Assembly: GCA_027493955.1 (NCBI GenBank)
Contig: JAOSJT010000001.1
Coordinates: 3,960,586-4,024,585 of the forward strand
Direction of reading: 5' to 3'
Origin: Bacteroidia bacterium
Lineage (GTDB): Bacteria > Bacteroidota > Ignavibacteria > SZUA-365
Length of the DNA: 64,000 nucleotides
In this document: one piece after another, positions 10,325 to 20,000 of the stretch
Layout of the letters: every line of letters begins with the position of its first letter
How positions within the stretch are numbered: position 1 is the stretch's first letter
Notes under the pieces: generated by a model
What the model was told of the DNA's origin: nothing
What the model saw: only the letters and a program-made list of their open reading frames with translations
Databases searched by the model: none
Position numbers and translations under genes: made by a program

Positions 10325-11242
10325 ATGAAACTCCGCCATCTCGTCGAATCTCAGCAGTTCACCGTGCCTCTGCTGATGGAGTTGTTCGACCGTACGCGCA
10401 TGATGGAAAAGGTGCTGGCCCGCGGCGGCACCCGCGATTACGCACAGTACATCATGGGGACGCTGTTCTATAAGCCGAGCACGCGTACGCGTTTCTCCTT
10501 CGAAGCCGCCATGCACCGTCTCGGCGGCCGTGTGCTCTCCACCGAGCACGCAATGGAGTTCTCCTCCGAAATCGAAGGAGAAAAAATCGAGGATACCATC
10601 CGAATCATCGGCAATTATTGCGATGTTATCGTGTTGCGCCACCATGAGGAGGGAGGCGCCACACGCGCGGCAAGCGTGTCCACGATTCCCGTCATCAATG
10701 CCGGAGACGGTGCGGGCGGGCAGCACCCCACACAGGCGTTGCTCGATCTCTACACCATTTACAACGAATGCAAAACACTGGACGGTCTGTCCGTCGCGCT
10801 CATCGGTGCCCTCGATCACGGGCGCACCGCCCGCTCGCTCGCGTATCTGCTCGGGAAGTTTGACCGTACGAAGCTGTATTTCATCGCTCCCGAGGAAATG
10901 CAGATCGGCCGGGACATCCTCGACTATCTCGACAAGCACGACGTCGCGTATGAATTGGCCTCCACCACGAAGGGCATACTGAAAAGCATGGATGTCGTTT
11001 ATCAGACACGCATCGACAAAGACCGTCTGCGCAAGCGCGATATCGATTTGTCGCATTACAACATCGACAGTACGGTTCTGCGCGAATTGAAAAAGGACGC
11101 CATCATCATGCATCCCCTGCCGCGCTCGGTGGAAATTGACCATGCGGTGGACGACGATCCGCGCGCGGCGTATTTCCGCCAGACGCGCAACGGTCTCACC
11201 GTTCGCATGGCGCTGCTCACCATGCTTCTCGAACAAGAATAA
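10325..11242 (+). CDS. pyrB: aspartate carbamoyltransferase catalytic subunit
   Basis: 305 aa with STRTRFSFE, HPTQ and HPLPR motifs. These are the ATCase set, not the OTCase set (which has HCLP). Confidence 0.8.
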   Translation: MKLRHLVESQQFTVPLLMELFDRTRMMEKVLARGGTRDYAQYIMGTLFYKPSTRTRFSFEAAMHRLGGRVLSTEHAMEFSSEIEGEKIEDTIRIIGNYCDVIVLRHHEEGGATRAASVSTIPVINAGDGAGGQHPTQALLDLYTIYNECKTLDGLSVALIGALDHGRTARSLAYLLGKFDRTKLYFIAPEEMQIGRDILDYLDKHDVAYELASTTKGILKSMDVVYQTRIDKDRLRKRDIDLSHYNIDSTVLRELKKDAIIMHPLPRSVEIDHAVDDDPRAAYFRQTRNGLTVRMALLTMLLEQE

Positions 11243-11268
11243 ACCGATACGACAACACAGGTAGCACT

Positions 11269-12465
11269 ATGAACACACAGGATTATATCGCTCTCGAAGA
11301 ACAATACGGCGCTCACAACTATCATCCCCTGGACGTTGTCGTCGCACAAGCCGAAGGCGCCTGGGTCACCGACGTCGAAGGTAAGCGCTTTCTCGACTGT
11401 CTGGCCGCCTATTCCGCGGTGAATCAGGGTCATTGCCACCCGCGCATCATGGAGGCCTTCGTGGATCAAGCGAGGCGCGTCACGCTCACAAGCCGCGCTT
11501 TTCGCAACGACCAGTTGCCCATGCTGTATAAGAAGCTGCATGAGATGACCGGTTACGACATGTCCCTGCCGATGAACTCCGGCGCCGAAGCTGTGGAAAC
11601 AGCCATCAAGACCGCGCGTCGCTGGGCCTATGACGTCAAGGGCCTTCCGGAGAACAAGGCGGAGATCATCGTTGCCTCCGGCAATTTTCACGGCCGCACG
11701 ACCACCATCGTCGGTTTCTCCGATGATCCGTCGTCGTTCAAGGGCTTCGGACCGTATTGCACCGAAGCCTTCCCGATGCACGAATACGGCAATCTCGACG
11801 ATCTGAAATCGAAGATCACGCCGAACACTGCGGCCATCATGGTCGAACCGATTCAGGGCGAAGGCGGCATCGTGATTCCGCCCGATGGCTACCTGAAAGG
11901 TATCGAGCAAATCTGCCGCGAAAACAACCTCCTGTTCATCTGCGATGAAATTCAGGCGGGTCTCGGTCGCAGCGGTAAGCTCTTCGCGCATTACTACGAA
12001 GGTGTTCGGCCAGACATTGTGATTATCGGCAAGGCGCTTTCCGGTGGCTTTTACCCCGTATCCGCCATTCTGGCCGACAAGCATATTCTGGGTGTGATCA
12101 AGCCGGGCGAGCATGGTTCAACCTTCGGAGGTAATCCTCTTGCCGCCGCCGTCGCCGTGCGTGCTCTCGAAGTTATCGAGGAGGAAAAACTCATCGAGCG
12201 TTCCGCCGAACTCGGCGAATATTTCGCCGGAAAACTCCGCTCCATGGATTCTCCGCATATCGTGAAGGTCCGCGCGCGTGGATTGTGGATCGGCCTCGTA
12301 CTGGATACGAAGGCACGACCGTACTGCGAAGCACTCATGCGCGAGGGCATTCTCTGCAAGGAGACGCATGTGAACATCATCCGTTTCGCTCCTCCCCTCG
12401 TCATCACGAAGGATGAGATAGACTGGGCGCTCGAGCGCATCGAAAACGTACTCAAGACCGTGTAA
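11269..12465 (+). CDS. rocD: ornithine aminotransferase (ornithine--oxo-acid transaminase)
   Basis: 398 aa class-III PLP aminotransferase. Strongly OAT-like throughout (AHNYHPL, FICDEIQAGLGRSGK, GEHGSTFGGNPLA). Confidence 0.85.
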   Translation: MNTQDYIALEEQYGAHNYHPLDVVVAQAEGAWVTDVEGKRFLDCLAAYSAVNQGHCHPRIMEAFVDQARRVTLTSRAFRNDQLPMLYKKLHEMTGYDMSLPMNSGAEAVETAIKTARRWAYDVKGLPENKAEIIVASGNFHGRTTTIVGFSDDPSSFKGFGPYCTEAFPMHEYGNLDDLKSKITPNTAAIMVEPIQGEGGIVIPPDGYLKGIEQICRENNLLFICDEIQAGLGRSGKLFAHYYEGVRPDIVIIGKALSGGFYPVSAILADKHILGVIKPGEHGSTFGGNPLAAAVAVRALEVIEEEKLIERSAELGEYFAGKLRSMDSPHIVKVRARGLWIGLVLDTKARPYCEALMREGILCKETHVNIIRFAPPLVITKDEIDWALERIENVLKTV

Positions 12466-12494
12466 TACAAGTTCATCGTTCATTTATCCGATCA

Positions 12495-13841
12495 ATGGAG
12501 AGATCCATGGCAGTAACAAGCAATCGCATCAACACCCTCATCGTCGGCGCCGCCGGACGCGATTTCCATAACTTCAACATGGTGTATCGCGACAACGAGC
12601 TGTACAATGTCGTCGCCTTCACCGCAGCCCAGATCCCGGATATCGCGGGCCGCAAATATCCCGCTTCCCTCGCAGGCAAGCTCTATCCGAAAGGGATTCC
12701 CATCCACGCCGAGGCCGACCTCGAGAAGTTGATCGTCAAGCACAATGTGCAGGAAGTGGTGTTCGCCTACAGCGACGTCACGTACGAGCATGTGATGAGC
12801 ATCGGTTCCCGTGCCACCGCGGCCGGCGCGCATTTCAAAATCCTCAGCGCGAAAGACACGATGATCGTGAGCAACAAGCCCGTGATCTCGATCTGTGCCG
12901 TACGCACCGGCAGCGGAAAGAGCCAGACCACGCGCAAAGTGGCGAATATTCTCCAGGCCATGGGTCTCAAGGTTGCGGCTATTCGCCACCCCATGCCGTA
13001 TGGTGACCTCGCCAAGCAGAAGGTACAGCGTTTCGGCTCCATCGCCGATCTCAAGAAGCACAATTGCACCATCGAGGAAATGGAAGAGTATGAACCGCAT
13101 ATCGTCAACGGCACCATTATCTATGCCGGCGTCGACTACGCGGCCATTCTCGAACAGGCGGAGAAGGAAGCCGATATCATTCTGTGGGATGGCGGCAACA
13201 ACGACATGCCGTTCTACAAGCCGGACCTCAACATCGTCGTCGCCGATCCTCTGCGCGTCGGCAACGAGCTCGAGTACTATCCCTCCGAGGCCAACCTTCG
13301 TCTCGCCGATGTGGTCATCATCAACAAGATCGACAGCGCGGATCCTTCCGAGGTGCATGAACTGCGCGAGAACATCCGCAGCGTCAACAAGACGGCGCGC
13401 ATCGTCGAAGCCGCCTCTCCGCTCATCGTCGAGCGCGGCGAGCAGATCCTCGGCAAGCGCGTGCTGGTCGTCGAAGACGGCCCCACGCTCACCCACGGCG
13501 AAATGCAGTTCGGTGCCGGCACTGTGGCCGCGCTGAAATTCGGTGCCGCAGAGCTCATCGATCCCCGTCAGTGGGCCGTCGGAAAGATCAAAGAGACCTT
13601 CGAGATCTATCCCGAAATCGGTACCTTGCTCCCCGCCATGGGCTACGGTGAAAAGCAGATCAAGGATCTTACCACCACCATCGACAAGGTGCCCTGCGAC
13701 CTCGTCGTCGTGGGTACGCCCATTGATCTCAAGCGCGTCGCAAAATTCAAGAAACCCGCGGTGCGCGTCCAGTACGAATTGCAGGAAATCGGCGAGCCCA
13801 GTCTCAAGACCATTCTCGACGAGTTCACGCAAAAACTCTGA
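12495..13841 (+). CDS. P-loop protein resembling the cyclic 2,3-diphosphoglycerate synthetase family (function unknown here)
   Basis: 448 aa with a central Walker-A-like AVRTGSGKSQTT. The last gene of the argF cluster, 30 bp after rocD. The family assignment comes from memory of overall similarity, not from a search. Confidence 0.4.
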   Translation: MERSMAVTSNRINTLIVGAAGRDFHNFNMVYRDNELYNVVAFTAAQIPDIAGRKYPASLAGKLYPKGIPIHAEADLEKLIVKHNVQEVVFAYSDVTYEHVMSIGSRATAAGAHFKILSAKDTMIVSNKPVISICAVRTGSGKSQTTRKVANILQAMGLKVAAIRHPMPYGDLAKQKVQRFGSIADLKKHNCTIEEMEEYEPHIVNGTIIYAGVDYAAILEQAEKEADIILWDGGNNDMPFYKPDLNIVVADPLRVGNELEYYPSEANLRLADVVIINKIDSADPSEVHELRENIRSVNKTARIVEAASPLIVERGEQILGKRVLVVEDGPTLTHGEMQFGAGTVAALKFGAAELIDPRQWAVGKIKETFEIYPEIGTLLPAMGYGEKQIKDLTTTIDKVPCDLVVVGTPIDLKRVAKFKKPAVRVQYELQEIGEPSLKTILDEFTQKL

Positions 13842-13877
13842 TGCGCCCTTCGGTACGGCGACGTACCCGCGATAATG

Positions 13878-13909
13878 AAAAACTCCCGCCCATCGGCGGG
13901 AGTTTTTTT
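13878..13909. terminator. bidirectional rho-independent terminator
   Basis: AAAAA-CTCCCGCC-CATC-GGCGGGAG-TTTTTTT between convergent genes. Confidence 0.8.
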
Positions 13910-13967
13910 GAGCGGGGCGTCGGTTGCGCGCGGAAGGGCTGACCGGGCGAAATCCGTTGTCATCGCC

Positions 13968-16409
13968 TCACGGATTGATCGAGATGCCGAGGAAGTACTG
14001 TTTCCCTCCATTGAGCTGCGTAAGGCGATGCCCCACATCCACGCGCAGCAGACCGAAGACACGATCAAGAGATAATCCCGCCTCGAAGAGGGGGCGCGTC
14101 GCTGTGCGTATCTCCCGCGTGAGCATGACTGCGGAAGCCTCGCGCATGCGCGTCCAGCCCGCTGCTGCGAAAATTCGGAGTTCCCACACATCTGCGGCAA
14201 GCAACCCCATGGAGGGCAGCCCCAACAGAAGGAAAGGCAGCTTTCCGAAGTTGTGCTCCAGAAACACCGTTGCTTGCTCGTCGCCCCCGAATTCTCCGAG
14301 AGCGAGTGTCCTGAAGCGGAACGGCGCTGTCATCCACGTTTCACTCCCGGGAAGCGTGAGCATGTCCTGTACCGGCAGTTGCGCTGTGGATCGCTGCCAG
14401 GAAAGGCGGAATGCGCCGCTCCCGAGCGTTCCGAGTGTGTATCCGCCTCCTACCGCCGCCCCGGGAATAAAGACGTCCCACTCTGCGCCGGCTATGGAAA
14501 AGGACCGATATTCCAGCCAGAGGTCCGGCGCCAAATCGGAAGGCTTGAATGCCGCTCGATGCACACCGTCCGCCTCGAGTGTCCTGTTCCTGAAGTCGCC
14601 GCGCAATCCGAGCTTCAACCGCCATGCGCTGCCGTCATTGATCGGTGGGTTTTCCAGATACGTTCCCTCGCCGACCAGACTCCAATCCGAGTGTTTGCTT
14701 GCGGACGCGGCGTGGGAATACTCCACTCCGAGGTCCGCTTTGAGCCACGGCAGGGGATGTGTTTCCCAGAGCAGACGACCGCCGCTGCGGTAGTAGTAAT
14801 CGAAGGCGTCAAAGCGGTCCAGCAGAATCATGCTTGTAACAAAAAACGTGTTGAGCAGCGGTTCATCGCGATACAGGATCGCAAGATCGTGAAAAGCCGA
14901 GACGGTCAGTTGCGAGCGGTCCCGCGATCCCAGGGACAGCTGCATGTTGCCGCTCCCTTTCGGCCGTCTGTCCAGAAAACCGTAGCGCAACGAGGCGGAC
15001 CAGCTTCGCAGCCGATCCGTCACATGCGTCGAGGCGTACGGGAAGCCTATCGACAGACCCTCCACACGATTGAACTGCACGGCTTCAACCAGACCCGGAA
15101 TTTGCGAGATCAAATCCCCTTGTTGTAGTTCCTTCCCGGTCACGACATGGCCGAGGTTATAATCCTTCATTTTCGCAGCGCGGACCTGCGCCACACTGTC
15201 GGAAATCATGTAGATGGTATCATCCACGAGCGACCGCGGCTGCAGGCGGCGCAGTTCCCAGTCATCGGAAGTGAAGGAATCGGCTGTCGGGAGCACCTCC
15301 ACCTGATAGTCGTCGAACACGGCAGCGATATCCGGCGGGTTGCATATATATTCGGCTATCACCGAGCTTCCCTCCAGCGAGAGCCACGCCTTCATCCCCA
15401 TCAGGTTCAGATATCCCTGGACCTGCAGATTTGCCGCGCTGGGAAGCCAGAAGCGCTCCTCGTACAGGCTGAACTGTTGCCGGAAGGTGAAGCTCGACAT
15501 CATGGGGAGTATTACGGCGCAGGCCTCTGGCGTGAAGCGCAGATCGACCTGCGTGATGGACCAGGTGGAATCTTCGATGTAATAGTATCCCGAGACCGCC
15601 GCGGCCAGGCGCGAACGGGGCAGGACGCGGATCCGCCAGATGCGGAGGCGCTCTCCTTCCGACACCCCTGCGACGCTGTAGTAATACACATCGTCAAGAC
15701 CCGCCTCGGATATGGGACCCGTGATGCTCGCGCTGTAAAAACCGAGTTCCTCCTGCGAGCAGTCCATGCGCGCGAAACCGCTGGTGATGTTTCTTCCCAT
15801 TTCTTTGAACAGGTCGGACTGCTGGCGTGCGTGCACCTTTTCCTTCCGTTTGTTCGGGCACGCAAACCACGCCTCTGTTTGTGTTTCCGCTATGTCGAGA
15901 AAGGAGGCCTTCAAATCCTTTTCCAGTTCCTTCGACATGTTCCATGTGCTGTCGATGCGGGAATACACCTTGTTATGTGCGCGCATGTGATAGGAGTGCA
16001 ACGTTCGCTGCCGTTGCTCGCGCGCGAGCCGGGCACGCGTCACGATCAGGCGGGCGAGGCTGTCGTCCGGTGTGACGGTGACCTCGTCCAAAGTATAGGT
16101 GCGGGGACGCAGCGCGAAATCCATCCCGCTCTCGTTTCCCTGCACGGTGAAGCGGCGCGTCTTCGATTCGTACCCGATGGAGCTCACACGGATGGTCCAG
16201 GAGCCGGGCGGAAGCTGCAGACGGTACAGACCTTCCTTGTTCGTGACCACGCCGCTTGCGTTTTCCACCACAAAGACATGCGCGAAAGCAAGACCTTCCC
16301 TGGTGGAAGCGTCGCGCACCTCGCCCGTAATGACGTGTGTCTGCCCGCGCGCGCCCGCGGTCACGATCAGGAGTAAGAACAGAAAGATGCAGGAAGTATG
16401 ACGGGACAT
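13968..16409 (-). CDS. outer-membrane protein with an N-terminal carboxypeptidase-regulatory-like (CarbopepD_reg_2) domain, DUF5686-like
   Basis: ORF 13968..16445. Signal peptide from the internal ATG (MSRHTSCIFLFLLLIVTAGARG). A CarbopepD_reg domain (GEVRD..GLAFAHVFV..GVVTNKEGLYRLQLPPGSWTIRVSSIGYESKT) followed by about 700 aa of beta-rich sequence. Confidence 0.6.
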   Translation of the reverse strand: MSRHTSCIFLFLLLIVTAGARGQTHVITGEVRDASTREGLAFAHVFVVENASGVVTNKEGLYRLQLPPGSWTIRVSSIGYESKTRRFTVQGNESGMDFALRPRTYTLDEVTVTPDDSLARLIVTRARLAREQRQRTLHSYHMRAHNKVYSRIDSTWNMSKELEKDLKASFLDIAETQTEAWFACPNKRKEKVHARQQSDLFKEMGRNITSGFARMDCSQEELGFYSASITGPISEAGLDDVYYYSVAGVSEGERLRIWRIRVLPRSRLAAAVSGYYYIEDSTWSITQVDLRFTPEACAVILPMMSSFTFRQQFSLYEERFWLPSAANLQVQGYLNLMGMKAWLSLEGSSVIAEYICNPPDIAAVFDDYQVEVLPTADSFTSDDWELRRLQPRSLVDDTIYMISDSVAQVRAAKMKDYNLGHVVTGKELQQGDLISQIPGLVEAVQFNRVEGLSIGFPYASTHVTDRLRSWSASLRYGFLDRRPKGSGNMQLSLGSRDRSQLTVSAFHDLAILYRDEPLLNTFFVTSMILLDRFDAFDYYYRSGGRLLWETHPLPWLKADLGVEYSHAASASKHSDWSLVGEGTYLENPPINDGSAWRLKLGLRGDFRNRTLEADGVHRAAFKPSDLAPDLWLEYRSFSIAGAEWDVFIPGAAVGGGYTLGTLGSGAFRLSWQRSTAQLPVQDMLTLPGSETWMTAPFRFRTLALGEFGGDEQATVFLEHNFGKLPFLLLGLPSMGLLAADVWELRIFAAAGWTRMREASAVMLTREIRTATRPLFEAGLSLDRVFGLLRVDVGHRLTQLNGGKQYFLGISINP

Positions 16410-16600
16410 GCGGCTCTCCTCTTTACGGCACAACAAAAGGAGCAATGTATCCTGTTATATTACGAAGACTCGGTGACAGCACCAAGGGAAAAATCCCTCC
16501 CCATCGCATGCGCCACTCAAGGCGCCGTGATGCAGCGACTCGAGAGTACTTTCGTTCGGAAGGAGTGTGCCCAACACGGAAGCGACTGAAGGACGTCCTT

Positions 16601-16629
16601 AAAAAAAAACCGCCCCGTGGAGGGGGCGG
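16601..16629 (-). terminator. rho-independent terminator downstream of tRNA-Pro
   Basis: On the minus strand: CCGCCCC-CTCCAC-GGGGCGG followed by a run of nine T. Confidence 0.7.
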
Positions 16630-16649
16630 CATAGCGTTTGCTGTTGATG

Positions 16650-16723
16650 TCGGAACGGCGGGATTTGAACCCGCGACCCCTACTACCCCAAAGTAGTGCG
16701 CTACCGGGCTGCGCTACGTTCCG
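16650..16723 (-). tRNA. tRNA-Pro (anticodon GGG)
   Basis: Reverse complement folds as a cloverleaf: acceptor CGGAACG, D-arm GCGC/GCGC, anticodon stem CTACT/AGTAG with loop TTGGGGT, T-arm GCGGG-TTCAAAT-CCCGC, discriminator A. Confidence 0.85.
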
Positions 16724-16857
16724 ATCCGCTCGCCGTGAAGCGAGACCACTAATATACGCAAATGTTTCGGGATTTCCATAATGCCGTTGAAGCAGCAATC
16801 GGTCCAAGCAGCAATCGGTCCACCAGCGCGGACCGATTCACGATTCCGGATTCCCGA

Positions 16858-17259
16858 TTATCCTCTGATCCGCTCCCGCAGATCTTCCAGAAACACTTTC
16901 ACCTTTATGAGATCGTTTCGGAGTTGCCCTTCGGGTTCGAAGATCAAGGCGGTCTGTGCCGGATCCACCATCTCTTCCTTCTCATCGCGGCCGAATTCCG
17001 CGTCGCCTCCGGGTGTGTAGGTTTTCAGGACCTGCTTCGCACCTTCTATGGTATAGCGCTCGTCGCGCAGCAGCTTCTTGATGAAGAGAATGAGCTGAAT
17101 GTCTTTGTTCGTGTAGATGCGGTTGCCGGCGCGATTCTTCGCGGGCTTGAGCTCGTCGAATTCCGATTCCCAATACCGGAGCACGTATTGCTCGAGGTTG
17201 GTGATTTTACTCACCTCGCTGATGGAGTAGTAGAGTTTTTTAATCGAAAAATCTTTCAT
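16858..17259 (-). CDS. MerR-family transcriptional regulator
   Basis: ORF 16858..17391. Start taken at MKDFSIKKLYYSISEVSKITNLEQYVLRYWESEF, a MerR N-terminal HTH. Confidence 0.7.
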   Translation of the reverse strand: MKDFSIKKLYYSISEVSKITNLEQYVLRYWESEFDELKPAKNRAGNRIYTNKDIQLILFIKKLLRDERYTIEGAKQVLKTYTPGGDAEFGRDEKEEMVDPAQTALIFEPEGQLRNDLIKVKVFLEDLRERIRG

Positions 17260-17518
17260 CTGCGCACCCGAGGATAGTGAGCCGGAATCAGAATCTAACC
17301 ATACGTTTTTGAACATGCAACAGGCGCTTCTCTCGAAGGTTTCATGAAGTATTCCGCGTAACCTCACCGTACCCCTTTCCCTTCGTCCCAACGGCTCAAG
17401 CGATGTGCGAATTCCCGTAAGGTCCTGAGTCGCAATTCAGCGTACGTAACTGTGGTGAGCGCGCGTTCGTTCTGGTAAAGCATGCTGTTCGACCTCTTGC
17501 TGAAACCGGGATCCGCGT

Positions 17519-18145
17519 CTACCAGGGATTGGAGGATATCTTGCGGGGAAAGACAATTGCGGCGGTGAGCACGGCGAGCGCGAAACCGCCCAGCACATCG
17601 AGCAGATAATGTTGCCGCACCAGCATGGTGGAGAGAGAAATCGCCGGTGCGACGAGGAGAAACAGCATCGATGGCACGGAAAACCCTCTTTCCTTCAGGG
17701 AGAGAAACGCCACGAGCCAGGGATTTGCGACGTGCAGACTGGGGAAGGCGTTGAAACGTGAATCCACCAGATGCACGAGAGCAATGACACCGCCACCCTC
17801 CGCGGCGAAATCCCGTTCCGGTCCCTGCGCCGGAAACAGCGCGAAGAGTGCGAAAGCGCCGAGGTTCATGACTATGAAGGACGAGAACGCCAGATTCAGG
17901 AATTGCGCGTTTCTGCGTATGACGAAGAGCCCCAACACAATCACATACGCGAGCAGGTAAATGAAAAACGTCCAGGGAACGATGGGGAAGGTGGCATCGA
18001 TCGGGAGGGAGGGATCGAACACCGGTCCGCGCGACGCTCCGATCCAAGCCGTGGTGTAGTACAGCGTCACCCATCCCGCATAGCACAGCAGCATGATGAG
18101 GACGTAGCGACGAAGGGAAAACGGGCGTACGCGCTCAGTGTTCAT
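17519..18145 (-). CDS. PAP2-superfamily (acid phosphatase / lipid phosphatase-like) membrane protein
   Basis: ORF 17519..18211. Start at MNTERVRP. Multi-TM protein with an FPSLHV motif. Confidence 0.65.
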   Translation of the reverse strand: MNTERVRPFSLRRYVLIMLLCYAGWVTLYYTTAWIGASRGPVFDPSLPIDATFPIVPWTFFIYLLAYVIVLGLFVIRRNAQFLNLAFSSFIVMNLGAFALFALFPAQGPERDFAAEGGGVIALVHLVDSRFNAFPSLHVANPWLVAFLSLKERGFSVPSMLFLLVAPAISLSTMLVRQHYLLDVLGGFALAVLTAAIVFPRKISSNPW

Positions 18146-18249
18146 GCGGTAAAATATCGCATTCCGCAATGGAAAGGAATGCGCCGTGTGATCGCAGATC
18201 ATCCGCCGCATCGTTCATCGCTTCATATCATCCCTGGTCTTTCGCCAAT

Positions 18250-19539
18250 CTACACTACGTCTCGCCATCGCAGCCGCATTTTCCCCCGACGGGGGATTTT
18301 CTCGCCGGCGACCTTGCGGATGGCGGCGATGCGCTGAAGCAGCGGCGGATGGGAGTGATGCAGGGCCACGTAGAGCGGATGCGGTGTGAGATTGGCGAGA
18401 TTGGAAACGGAAAGTTTCTTGAGCGCATCGATGAGCGCCTCGGCATTGCGATAACTGCGCACGGCGTAGCGGTCCGCCTCGAATTCGTGTTTGCGGCTGA
18501 GGGCGTGCAGGGCGAGTGAGAGCAGGAAGCTTACCGGGGAGTACAGCATGCCGAAAAACACCAGCGCGGCGTAGACGGAATGCTCTTCGACGAAGAACGC
18601 CCGCGAGAGCGCGCCGCTCTCCACGAACAGCGAGAGCAGGAAGAGCATCATGCCGCTCTGTGCTATGCCGAGAGCGGTGCTGATGAGAATGTGCTTGCGG
18701 CGGTAGTGGCCGATTTCATGCGCGAGCACGGCGGTGAGCTCGGCGGGTGTGTGCTTCTCGATGAGCGTATCGAACAGCACGATGCGGCGGTGCCTCCCGA
18801 AGCCGGTGAAAAACGCATTCGCCCTCGTGCTGCGTTTCGAGCCGTCCATGACGAAAATGCCCTTCATCGGAAAGCGTACGGCCTCGGCGTAGCGCAGGAT
18901 TTCGTCGCGCAGCGGTCCCTCGGCCAGCGCGGCGAAGCGGTTGAACAGCGGCATAATCCACGTCGGTGCCACATACTGCACGGCGAGCATGATTACGGTC
19001 ACCGCTCCCCACGCGTACAGCCAGGCCATCGGTCCCGCCGAGGAGAACAGCCACAACACGAGCGCCAGCAGCGGAGCGCCCAGCAATAGCGCCAGCAGCG
19101 CGCCCTTGAGCACATCGGCGGCGAAGGTCTTCCACGTCGTGCGGTTGAAGCCGAAGCGCTGCTCGATCACGAATGTGGAGTATATGGAGAACGGCAGCGC
19201 CAGCAGCGAGCGTCCCGCCGCGAGTATGCCGATGTAGCACAAACCGGTGATGATAGCCGGGAGACCGAACGACCGCACCCACACATCCAGCACGCCAAAT
19301 CCTCCCGCGAACCAGAACCCCGGCAGCAGCAGCATATCGAAACCCGAGGTTACAAAGCCGAAGCGCGTACGCACCCGCGTGTATTCCTGAGCCCGTGCAT
19401 AGCGCTCCGCATCATACACGCCCGCGAATTCCTCCGGCACCCTCGGCGACAAAGCCCGCAGGTTGAGCACGTCCGCAAGCACGTCGAGCGCGTTGGTGAC
19501 GAACAGTGTGGCGAGGATGATAAGTGCGAATTCATTCAT
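18250..19539 (-). CDS. M48-family zinc metalloprotease (Ste24/HtpX-like)
   Basis: ORF 18250..19623. Start at MNEFALIIL. HEIGH zinc motif, a downstream EFEAD motif and multiple TM helices. Confidence 0.8.
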   Translation of the reverse strand: MNEFALIILATLFVTNALDVLADVLNLRALSPRVPEEFAGVYDAERYARAQEYTRVRTRFGFVTSGFDMLLLPGFWFAGGFGVLDVWVRSFGLPAIITGLCYIGILAAGRSLLALPFSIYSTFVIEQRFGFNRTTWKTFAADVLKGALLALLLGAPLLALVLWLFSSAGPMAWLYAWGAVTVIMLAVQYVAPTWIMPLFNRFAALAEGPLRDEILRYAEAVRFPMKGIFVMDGSKRSTRANAFFTGFGRHRRIVLFDTLIEKHTPAELTAVLAHEIGHYRRKHILISTALGIAQSGMMLFLLSLFVESGALSRAFFVEEHSVYAALVFFGMLYSPVSFLLSLALHALSRKHEFEADRYAVRSYRNAEALIDALKKLSVSNLANLTPHPLYVALHHSHPPLLQRIAAIRKVAGEKIPRRGKMRLRWRDVV

Positions 19540-19657
19540 GCAGCGCGGAGCCGGAAGTTGTATCAGTGTGATGACGCACTCCCAAAATGCGAAGAAATAT
19601 CGTTCTGACAACATATACTCCACCCAGAATGAGAGGGCGATGGAAATTCGCAGGCCG

Positions 19658-19775
19658 GCGCCTGAGCGAGTTTAGGCGGTCCCTGAGCGAGTTTCAGCGG
19701 TCCCTGAGCGAGTTTCAGCGGTCCCTGAGCGCAGTCGAGGGGCAGCCTCCGAGTGAAGGGCGGTTTCTGAGCGTG
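19658..19775. repeat. about 3.5 tandem copies of a 21-bp unit (GTCCCTGAGCGAGTTTCAGCG) plus a related GAAGGGCGGTTTCTGAGCGTG copy
   Basis: Read directly from the sequence. It belongs to a dispersed GGTCCCTGAGCG motif family also present at 26453-26511 and 28874-28918. Confidence 0.8.
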
Positions 19776-20000
19776 TTTCCGGTGCCCGATCGTAGCCGAA
19801 GGCCCGGAGTACGCCAATCTCTCGACAACGGATGCTACGCGCAGCGGATCGTATAGACCAGAGTTAGATATATGACTATGTAATAAACGAAATTTTTCAA
19901 AAAAATCCCATATCTATGGGAGGCGCAGCATGTTTGAATGGAGGTATGTTTCCGTTGTGATCATACATGAACGATGTTTCACGAGTAAAAGGACACTACA

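Noticed and set aside
8648-13832. Long minus-strand ORFs (440, 330, 352 and 446 aa) across the argF-arcC-pyrB-rocD cluster
   Set aside because: High-GC antisense shadow ORFs. The plus-strand genes carry unmistakable enzyme motifs.
16762-17277. 171-aa plus-strand ORF overlapping the MerR gene
   Set aside because: The minus-strand frame contains a textbook MerR HTH. The plus-strand translation has no recognisable features.
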